Shown in pieces: positions 15,869 to 24,500 of a stretch of DNA of 58,574 nucleotides (position 1 is its first letter; each line of letters begins with the position of its first letter). Under the pieces are notes generated by a model. It did not search any database, had not been told where the DNA came from, and saw only the letters and a list, made by a program, of their open reading frames with translations. Location of the stretch: NCBI GenBank assembly GCA_020051845.1, contig JAGVQG010000017.1, positions 1 to 58,574 on the forward strand. Direction: 5' to 3'. Both the position numbers and the translations under genes were made by a program. Origin of the DNA: an archaeon (GTDB taxonomy: Archaea; Nanobdellota; Nanobdellia; Woesearchaeales; ARS49).

Positions 15869-18773
15869 CCAACCCCTTCTCATTAGGCAATCTATCGACG
15901 ACAGACAACACGTTGTCGATGAAACCACGGACGACAGGCCCCCTGCTCGGCTGATCGGCCGCATAGGCCGCGAATGAAGCCGCGCGAAACGGAGCGACGC
16001 CGATCATATCCTGCACGAGAGAGCGCGACTCTCCAGATGCCAATGGCTTGCCCGACTCCTTGCGACCGGCGACATAGGCGCCGACGCAACGATCAAGCAG
16101 GATCTCAAGAAGAGGCAATGCACAGGCCTCGCGCTGGAAAATCAGCTTGCACAACTCGTTCGGCGGATGGGTGCTGCCATGCGGCTGGAAGTCGATAGCG
16201 ACGACGCCATCCTTAGTCCTTATCCAGTTCTCAGGATGCGGATCCTTCTTGAAAACAGCGGCGTACTGAATGTCCGCTCCCTTCGCCATGCGAGACAATA
16301 CCTCAAGCCCGGACAGCGATGAAAGCGCGGCAAGCCTTGACGCCCGTTGCGGAGAGAGCGAATAGTCATCGTTGTCCTTGCGTCGGGGCTCGAGAAGACC
16401 GTGTATCATCCCAAGAGCGCGGGCTGCTTCGACGTATGAATCGACCTCGACACATCCTGACAAAGGGCTGCCTGACTCGAAAAGCAACGGAAGGACGTGA
16501 GCGCCGGCATGTTCTCGGACCGACGACAGAACAACAGAGGTCTTCACACCGGCAGCGGACAGCCTATCGTGGGCATGACGCGTCAGATGTTCCTCGGCGT
16601 CAAGACCCTGTTTGTCTCCACGCTTGAGAAGCACGGTCGACTTCAAGAATTCACTGCCTCCAAGACGATGGACATCATAATCACCTATCCGCTCCCAGAC
16701 CGGATTTCTTTCAAGCGCGAGCTTGATCGCGTCGCGCAGGGTATCGCCGGCCATCGAATCATAGCCTGCCGCGGAAAGCAACAGACCCTGCATTATGCCG
16801 AGCTCAGGACGCTCCTTTGGGATCGGGCCGGAAAGGATCTTCCTGGACAACAGCGGAACCCGTGAATAGAATCCACATTGCAGCGCGCTGAACTGGGCTT
16901 CGATCATCTCGCCCAAATCCGCACGCCTCAAAGCCTTGCGGGAATCAAAATATGAGTGTTGAAGCAGAAGCATACGCTGTGGAAGACGCAACGCATCGAA
17001 AGGATCAAAGAGGGCATGATTGTCATCAGGATGCCGCATCGCCTCCTTCAACGACAAAGCAGCGACATCATAATCCTTGTCAAAAATCCTCAATCTGGCC
17101 TCGCACAGGGCGGCAGAACGCGTCGATGGATGCATGATATCGCGGAGAGTCTCGAGCTCGCCCTTCTTCAGACCGACACACATCAAGCCCTTCGCCGAAA
17201 GACCCAACAAACCAAGATATCGCCTGAATCTCGGCGACCGGACAGACCGCGCGTTCGTCAAAATATGGTCTGCAGCGGCGACGTAGGTCATAGATATCAT
17301 GGCAAGGCCGACTGAAAAGGAATACAAAGCAGGACCGTGCAAAGACTTCAACATCGCGCGATAATAGCCGCCATGCATCGAGTCGATCAAATACGAAGCG
17401 GCAACACAGGAGGCGGTCGCGACTGCAAGAGGGTGCTCGACAGCGACGTCGAAAACACCCTTCTCTCCAGAATCCTTCAAATCACGCAAGTGCCTATCGC
17501 GACGCCTGTAGAGCGAGAACAACAACCAAGGCAGGAATGGGACCAACGAAAGACCACCGGCCAAGGCGACCTGAAGGTTGGACATGACTGTTTTCCTGTC
17601 GAATCCAGACCCGCCATCAGGGACATAACAATCGAAACCGCCATCCCTGATCCTCACACAGTCAAGACGAGCGAGCATGGATGCGAACTTATCACTATAG
17701 ATGTACAACCCATCAGAACCCCAACCGCAAAGCAGATCCAAACCGCCGGGATTCTCGAAAGCAGGACGCGTGGAGCGGGCGGCACAATCGAATAACGAGA
17801 CATCGACGCTTTTCATGAGATCGATGGCTTCGTTCGTGGACACCCTCTTCCCGGAAACATCAGGGATTGCCTGGAACGCAAGGATATCGTCGACAGGAGA
17901 CCAGGCCATCGAAACACGAACATCTCCTGAACCCAAGACCATCTCATCCAAAGAACGCAGATCGGTGAGGCGCAACATCCTCTCCTTCTGGTTTGCGCTG
18001 GAGACTGTCGCAAGATATCTACCTGACGGTGAAAGCTCCGAGCGCTCGACCGTGCCAAATGCATTTTCCGTGGTCCGAGCGCGTTTCGACTCCCTGTCGA
18101 CAACAGCTATCCTGCCGAGACCATGCAACACGATCGAATCAAGGGTCAAAGATGGATCGCGCCATTGGTCTCCTTCGACCTCGACAGCATCCATCGCCTG
18201 TTTTTCATCGGCGTCATAAACACGCACAGAGGTCTTGCCTTCTTTTTCGACACAAAAAGGCAATTCTTTGCCTGACCATCGACCGACAGAGACAGCGGCT
18301 GCAGAAAAGACAGACTCCCTGGTCTTGGCGTTGACCATATTCAATCGACCGCTCTTGCCATCGTGAACAGCGACAAAAGCGGCATCACGAGAGATGAACG
18401 CAGAAGGCGACTCTGCGCAGGCAATCTCGACAGAATCATTTGGTTTCCTACCCACATCGACCAGGCAGACAACACCGCCATTCTTGACAACCAAATAATC
18501 CGAGGACACATCCAGGATTTTGTCAGCTGCGCACCTCCTTGTGCCATGGCGCCTGCCGGCATCGATCTCTTCGACACTGCCACCTGCAACACGGAAATAC
18601 GCCCCTTTGACAACATCATGCCTGCTGCCTGTGAACTCGTAGGGATACGGCCATGAACAATCCTTTTGTGAAGGTTGCTTAAGGTTGCAGATCAGATAAA
18701 CACCTGCGCAAAGAGCGCCTGCGCCGACGGCGAAAGAAACAGTCTCCATCAAAGAACGCAATCCCCTACCCAT
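15828..18773 (-). CDS. 981-aa membrane protein: N-terminal anchor, beta-propeller-like ectodomain, TM cluster, helical region, C-terminal protein-kinase-like (APH/PKL) domain
   Basis: TolB/WD-like strands (SPSGRYLATVSS, MAWSPVDDILAF). TM candidates LQVALAGGLSLVPFLPWLLFSLY and ALYSFSVGLAMISMTYVAAA. C-terminal FKKDPHPENWIRTKDGVVAIDF resembles the H.D.HP.N ... IDF catalytic/Mg loops of APH-like kinases. Confidence 0.6.
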   Translation of the reverse strand: MGRGLRSLMETVSFAVGAGALCAGVYLICNLKQPSQKDCSWPYPYEFTGSRHDVVKGAYFRVAGGSVEEIDAGRRHGTRRCAADKILDVSSDYLVVKNGGVVCLVDVGRKPNDSVEIACAESPSAFISRDAAFVAVHDGKSGRLNMVNAKTRESVFSAAAVSVGRWSGKELPFCVEKEGKTSVRVYDADEKQAMDAVEVEGDQWRDPSLTLDSIVLHGLGRIAVVDRESKRARTTENAFGTVERSELSPSGRYLATVSSANQKERMLRLTDLRSLDEMVLGSGDVRVSMAWSPVDDILAFQAIPDVSGKRVSTNEAIDLMKSVDVSLFDCAARSTRPAFENPGGLDLLCGWGSDGLYIYSDKFASMLARLDCVRIRDGGFDCYVPDGGSGFDRKTVMSNLQVALAGGLSLVPFLPWLLFSLYRRRDRHLRDLKDSGEKGVFDVAVEHPLAVATASCVAASYLIDSMHGGYYRAMLKSLHGPALYSFSVGLAMISMTYVAAADHILTNARSVRSPRFRRYLGLLGLSAKGLMCVGLKKGELETLRDIMHPSTRSAALCEARLRIFDKDYDVAALSLKEAMRHPDDNHALFDPFDALRLPQRMLLLQHSYFDSRKALRRADLGEMIEAQFSALQCGFYSRVPLLSRKILSGPIPKERPELGIMQGLLLSAAGYDSMAGDTLRDAIKLALERNPVWERIGDYDVHRLGGSEFLKSTVLLKRGDKQGLDAEEHLTRHAHDRLSAAGVKTSVVLSSVREHAGAHVLPLLFESGSPLSGCVEVDSYVEAARALGMIHGLLEPRRKDNDDYSLSPQRASRLAALSSLSGLEVLSRMAKGADIQYAAVFKKDPHPENWIRTKDGVVAIDFQPHGSTHPPNELCKLIFQREACALPLLEILLDRCVGAYVAGRKESGKPLASGESRSLVQDMIGVAPFRAASFAAYAADQPSRGPVVRGFIDNVLSVVDRLPNEKGLAKDYLCSLRSALG

Positions 18774-18796
18774 AGCTGATGCCTGCTGAATGGGCT

Positions 18797-18804
18797 CTTA
18801 AAAG
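18797..18804 (-). promoter_or_regulatory. TATA-like box (CTTTTAAG on minus strand) upstream of the kinase-like gene
   Basis: About 27 nt upstream of the 18773 ATG. Confidence 0.4.
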
Positions 18805-18838
18805 GGTTATGAAGCCCTGTTATAGTGATCCCTTGCCC

Positions 18839-19363
18839 TTATTGGCAAAGCTTCAGAACAAGAGTCAGTGTCTGACCGCCTATCGGACGAGGACGCGTTA
18901 TCTTCTGGAAACCTGCCGTGCACCCCCCAGGAGGGTTCTTGAACTCGATCTTCTGGTCGTTGATCTTCTCCTCTATCTCAAATACATACTTTCGGCCCCA
19001 GGTGTTGAGCGTGCTGTTGAGCATGTAGCCTATGGTCGCGTTCGCGTAAGCGCAACTGTCGCCGGCAGGGATGACAATGGTCGCGACACCTGCTTTCGTG
19101 ACCTCGATCTCGTCGCACTGGAAGGAAGCGCCTGTCGCACAGTCCTTGAGCATAACCGAAAGCGGCACGCCCTTGCAGACCATCGTAGTCTCAAGCATCG
19201 TGTCGAGAAGGTTCGCTCCGAGCTGCACGTCACGCGCGTTCTGCACAGGATTCTCCTGCACGTTGAAGAAAAAGAAACGCAATGCGAGAAGGATGCCCAT
19301 CAGCACGATGACCATTATTATCGCAAGCCCGAGAAGCTCCATCTGTGCGCGCCTATTTCGCAT
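18839..19363 (-). CDS. prepilin-like protein, 174 aa
   Basis: MRNRRA/QMELLGLAIIMVIVLMGILLAL. 11-nt overlap with the upstream gene. Confidence 0.68.
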   Translation of the reverse strand: MRNRRAQMELLGLAIIMVIVLMGILLALRFFFFNVQENPVQNARDVQLGANLLDTMLETTMVCKGVPLSVMLKDCATGASFQCDEIEVTKAGVATIVIPAGDSCAYANATIGYMLNSTLNTWGRKYVFEIEEKINDQKIEFKNPPGGCTAGFQKITRPRPIGGQTLTLVLKLCQ

Positions 19364-19880
19364 ATTGAGTCACCTCAATGTAGCCGAAAGCGTAGGTGCC
19401 TTCTGTAGACTGGCTGCCTGTGGCATTGAAAATAAGTATGGGAACCTGCATCTTGCTCGACTCCTTGTATTTAGGCAATGTATTGTTGTAGAGCGTGACC
19501 TGCCTGACGGCTGTCGGTGGAACGGCATTACGAGCGTAGATCTGCGTGACAGTGACCGTACTCCAACCGAAAACAGGGAAGTAAAGCGCGGAGATCGCGG
19601 AAGACTGAGGATTACTGTCATCAAGGACCGACGCGAACGCGCTCAACTTGCTCGCATCTATGCAAGCCTCCTCCTGGATGCCGGCTATGGCGCAATCCAG
19701 CTCTGGAAGGAATGAAATCTTCTGCGCCAGGCCGAACATGTGAAGCTGGCTCGCGCGCGCCAACTCCCTGTTCACCGACGTCTTCTGGATGCCGAAATAG
19801 AAGTTCACGCCGAAGATAAGCAGGAAGGCGAACACCACCATCACGGCTATCGACTCGAAGAGCTTTATCTGGGCTTTCAT
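19353..19880 (-). CDS. prepilin-like protein, 175 aa
   Basis: MKA/QIKLFESIAVMVVFAFLLIFGV. Confidence 0.68.
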   Translation of the reverse strand: MKAQIKLFESIAVMVVFAFLLIFGVNFYFGIQKTSVNRELARASQLHMFGLAQKISFLPELDCAIAGIQEEACIDASKLSAFASVLDDSNPQSSAISALYFPVFGWSTVTVTQIYARNAVPPTAVRQVTLYNNTLPKYKESSKMQVPILIFNATGSQSTEGTYAFGYIEVTQYAK

Positions 19881-19881
19881 C

Positions 19882-20967
19882 TCAGTACACCGTCGGACAA
19901 CTCAGACGCAACAACTTCTCATTGGAGGCGGCAAGGCTGTCCGCCGCTATCTGGAGTATATTGAAGTCAGGGGAGCTTTCGTCGACCACGGTCTTATGGG
20001 CGAACTTGATGATCGTCGGCAAAGGACCGTCATTCGCAGCGTCAAAACCACCCTCCAGATCGTTCGTCTTGGTGATGACCGTGTACTCTGCACCACACGC
20101 GGGGTTTTTTGTGGTGTCTTTCAGTTCGACAGCCCTTTGCTGATACACCCTGCCCACACCCTCAAGACGCTTGAACGCCGTGATTGCATTGCACGAGTAA
20201 TCCTCCATGTCCTGCGCCATTATGGCGCCGAAAAGCATCTCGTCTCCGAAAAACGCAGTCATTATCGTCTGACCACTGTCGTCAACCGCGTTCTCCTTCT
20301 CGATCATGTTCTTGTTCCTCTTGTAGAACGTGAGATCGTTGGTGGAAGCGCTGACAACCACCACGTGGACATCGACGTCCTTGAACTTTGAGTTCATGAC
20401 GGTCTGGATGGCAGGCGCATCATTGCCGAGCGTCACGAAAACCACACGGCTGTATTTCTCGTTGGTCGCGTCCTTGACATCACTGATCTGCTCGAAACGC
20501 ACATCGGCAGGCATCGCCGCCTTTATCCGGTCAAGCACAGGATCGTTGCCGACCAGGTAAATCTTGACGAAATCATTTGTGATGAAGAGGAAGTTGGTGG
20601 CGCGGAAAGGCGCCTTCCAGTCAAGGGTCCAGAGCTTCGCGTCAGCGCCCTCGACGGTGTATGGCGAAAATATGGAACGATCGTTGAACGGGATGCTGAA
20701 GCGGCCGAACTTTATCGAACAAGAACAATCAGCACAATCGAAGTTAAGACCCAGCTTAGGCAAAGGCACTGTCTGGATCGTGTCCTTGGATTGGAGCGCG
20801 GCTGTCGTTATCGCGTCGAAGTCGTTCTGCAGACGTATCGCCGCCTTGTCCGCGGAAAGCTGGCGCTGAGTGTTGGCGACCTTGAAGAAAAGAGCGAGTA
20901 TGACAGCACCTGCTATGAGGACGAAGATCCAGTTGAACTGGACATCAAGCTGTGCCTTGCGCTTCAT
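19882..20967 (-). CDS. prepilin-like protein, about 361 aa
   Basis: [28 protein letters not shown]. The ATG at 20965-20967 forms an ATGA overlap with the upstream stop. An alternative ATG lies 6 nt upstream at 20973. Confidence 0.68.
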   Translation of the reverse strand: MKRKAQLDVQFNWIFVLIAGAVILALFFKVANTQRQLSADKAAIRLQNDFDAITTAALQSKDTIQTVPLPKLGLNFDCADCSCSIKFGRFSIPFNDRSIFSPYTVEGADAKLWTLDWKAPFRATNFLFITNDFVKIYLVGNDPVLDRIKAAMPADVRFEQISDVKDATNEKYSRVVFVTLGNDAPAIQTVMNSKFKDVDVHVVVVSASTNDLTFYKRNKNMIEKENAVDDSGQTIMTAFFGDEMLFGAIMAQDMEDYSCNAITAFKRLEGVGRVYQQRAVELKDTTKNPACGAEYTVITKTNDLEGGFDAANDGPLPTIIKFAHKTVVDESSPDFNILQIAADSLAASNEKLLRLSCPTVY

Positions 20968-21509
20968 TGCCATGGCGATACGCGCACCGCATTACCAAGC
21001 CCCTCAAGCCGCAATACCACCGTGCCTTGGTCGACAGGCTCGCAGAACCAGCGCTGGTCGCTCTGCTTTTCCGGATCGCTCGAAGCCTGGATGTCAGGAA
21101 GCAGTATGTTCTTCGGAGCGCTTGGCTCGAAGAAGACATTGTCGCCGCCGGTCTCATACACCTCATAGATCAGAGAAGCGTTCTCGGGCAGGCCTGCCAG
21201 CTCGGACATCTCATTGAATTGCGGCTTGCCCTTGACATCGACTTGCGGGTCCTTGTTGCCTGTGACGATGCAGATCTTCTTGTACCTCATCGGCAGCCCT
21301 GCGAGCTCGACCTTCTTCACAGAACCATAGCTCAGACTGATGCTCTTGACCTCGGACTTGAGCGTGCTCGTGAAATCGATGAACGCGACCTCGTTGCCGC
21401 GTTGACTGATCCCCTGGATCGCCTTGTATCCATAACCGAGGATCAGCACGAAGATTATACCCGCCAGGATCAGCACGAAAACCTGCCCTATGATCTGCGC
21501 TTTCCTCAT
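20964..21509 (-). CDS. prepilin-like protein, 181 aa
   Basis: [32 protein letters not shown] overlap with the stop of the giant gene. Confidence 0.68.
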   Translation of the reverse strand: MRKAQIIGQVFVLILAGIIFVLILGYGYKAIQGISQRGNEVAFIDFTSTLKSEVKSISLSYGSVKKVELAGLPMRYKKICIVTGNKDPQVDVKGKPQFNEMSELAGLPENASLIYEVYETGGDNVFFEPSAPKNILLPDIQASSDPEKQSDQRWFCEPVDQGTVVLRLEGLGNAVRVSPWQ

Positions 21510-24500
21510 TTCTTCCCTCCCTTGGGCTTCTGGATGATCTTGTTGAGCTTGACCTGAGCCATGGACTTGCCAGTGGCATAGGCCTCGACCTCGTGCTCGA
21601 GCTGGTCCTTATGCTGAGAATAGTATTTCGCCGTGATGCGCAGCTTCTTGAAAAGCTCCTCCGCATCTTTCGACGAGAGCTTACCAAGGCGCAGCAACCG
21701 CAGCTTCCTGAGCAGATCCTTACGGTCCTTCGCCGACAATTGCGACAGCGCGATGTTGCCCAGGTTCGCAAGGACATCCTCCTTTGTCTCGACCTTATTC
21801 TCATCGACCTTTGAACCTGGCTTGTTCATCCCGAACTCCGCCGCCAGCTTGCCGATCGCGCCCTTCTCTCCGAGCGGGCCTTTAACATGCATATGCTGGC
21901 CCTTGCCATCCTCGGCGATGCGCCTCTCGAGCTCCTTCAACTTGGAGAACTCCTCCTTCTCAGGCGCCTTGAGAGAATCAAGTGAGACGTAATCATCCTG
22001 CTTCTTGGAACCTGCTCCCGGTGTTCCGGCCACTGTCCTCTTCTGCTGCTGACCAATCCGCTGGGCGATGCGCGCACGCGCCTCCTGCAAGCGTTGCATG
22101 AGGTTCGTGGACAAACCACCCTCCTTGGCGGTCTTCTTGAACCTCTCAGGATGCCTCTTCTGGTATTCCTTGTAGCCGAAATAGCCACCCACAAGCAATG
22201 CCAACAAGACTATCAACAATATCCACAGCCAGAGCCAGGAAGTCGGATGGCTTGCCGGATCAAGAGGATCGGTGCCTGCCTCGACCTCGACACCATCATT
22301 GTAACCATCAAGGTCGGTGTCGGCGTTGTTGGGGTCGGTGCCTGCCTGCCATTCCTGCATGTTGGTAAGACCGTCACCGTCAGGATCGGCGTCTGCCGCG
22401 GCATCGCCGGAGCATTCGATCTTGTCGCCGCCGCCCACGAAGCCGTTCTTGAAACGCCAGGAATCAGGTATGTCGTCACCGCAGGAATGACGCTGGTCGA
22501 TCGAACAACCATCGGCGTCGACCTCGGCGCCCTTCGCAGTGCCAGGACACTTGTCCGTACCGTCAGGCACACCGTCGGCGTCACGGTCACCCTCGACACC
22601 GCAGGAAGCGTCGCCGGGCTCGCACTTGCGGCACACGTTGGCCCCACAGACAAGACCCTGGGCGCAGTCAGCGTCGATCAGGCAAGCCTGGCCCTCGATG
22701 CACTTGGAAGAGCAGGCGCCGCCGCAATCGACATCGGACTCTGTGCCGTCATGGACCGAGTTGAAACAGGGATTCGATTGGACGCAAATATTGTTGATGC
22801 AGGTGTTCGACTTGCAGTCCGCGCTCACCAGGCAGGCCTTGCCGATATCACACTTGGTCGAACAGGAGCTACCGCAGTCGACATCGGTCTCATTGCCGTT
22901 ACGCGTACCATCGGCGCAACCGACCGGAGCGCAACGCGAGACATTGCCCGTCTTCTTGCAATTCCTGCTCTTGCAGTCCGTGTTCACCTTGCACAGCTTG
23001 TTGTCGTCGCACTCCATACACTCGGCGCCGCAGTCGATGTCCGTCTCTGTGAACAACTCGAGCGCCTTGTTCTTGCAATGCGACGGAAGCTTGGAGAGGT
23101 TGATGGTCACGCCATTGCTGTCGTTGGCAGGACCCACCATGCCACCCTCGTTCTGCGGCTTTACCGTGAAGAAATAGGAAGCGCCCTCGGTGAGGTTGAG
23201 ATTGCGGCCAAGCTGGTCCTTAGTCAGATAGAACTTGCCACTGTTCGGCAGCCTGCCTTCGCAGTTGCTGTTCGAGGAATTCGTGCCGTTCATGCAGTCG
23301 ACAATGACCTTGCCGCCGGTCTTGTCCTTGACAGTGTAGAAGTACGCCGTGACAGCGGTCTCGTCGTCCTTGCCCTGCCATTCGGCCTGCAGCTTGTCAG
23401 GGAAGTAGCTTATCTCCTTGTCCTCGGACAAGGGCCCGTCGTCACTGACCTTGACCATGTAGGGCGCTGTGTTGTCTATGACAAAAAGGACGGTGATCTT
23501 GGCTGTCTGCGCCTCCTGAATGCCGCCGACATCGATGACCGCAGTGCAAGTGACGTCGATGGCATTCGGGCCAAGAGTCCTATTGACAAAGCGCCTCGTG
23601 TGGCCTATGCCGTCGGCAGAAGCCATCGGATCATAGTTGACTCCTGCGACACATGTGGCCTTCTTGTTGGTCTCGACACCGATATCCACTGTGGTGTTGC
23701 TGAACGCAGACTTTGTCCTACTGACCACGGTGAGCGTCTGGTTGAGGTCCATGGAGACAGAAGTCGCGCCGAAGACCGGGCCAAGAAGCGCCTCGTTGAA
23801 GCAGGCGACAGCGTACCACTGGGTCTGATTGACCTTCTTGAGCACAGCAACGCTGACATTCACGTACACGTTCTGAGATACGGTCGGTGATAGATTGAAG
23901 TTCGGGAACTCATTGGTGAATGTGGCGTAGAAGTCCTGTGCTGCCTTGCCACTGACATTGACCTGCGAAGGGCTGTCTATCTCCCTGTATTTGCAGAATA
24001 TGTTCTCATCACCCTGAACCTCCAATTTGGTCACGAGCTGACCGTCGGTGGTCTGGGTTATGGGATTGGGATTCGTTGTGACAAGCACAAGTTGAGGAGC
24101 GGTCAGATCGACCTTGAGAGAGCACTGCTTCTGGACGGAATTGCCGCTATCATCGTCCTTGCACCAGATGAAGATCGTCTTCGTGCCAGCATCCTCCTTG
24201 ATGCCATCATAATCTTTCTTGAGATGCTCGAAACCGTCAGCCGACTTCGTGGTGGTGTAGAGACCGTTGAAAGGCAATGATGCGCCTGTCGGAAGATCGG
24301 AGAAGCGGCAGTTGGAGGGTTCACTCGTCTCGAAGATCACGTCGAACGGCGATATCTTCGAGGAGACGCCGAAGCGCGGCTGCTTCAGGCCGACAAAAGG
24401 ACTGCCTGCTGATGTCGAGAACTTGCTCGAACCATAGCCCTCGTTCCCTGCAAGGTCCATCGCCTTGGCCGAAAGCATCTTGCGACCACCCTGCAAAGTC

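Noticed and set aside
22094-23890. 598-aa plus-strand ORF, and many other 60-370 aa ORFs antisense to large genes (for example 6562-7668, 12932-13675, 28610-29407)
   Set aside because: They lie entirely inside longer, well-supported minus-strand genes. They have low-complexity, Arg/Leu/Ala-rich translations typical of antisense frames in GC-rich DNA, and they lack SD or TATA context.
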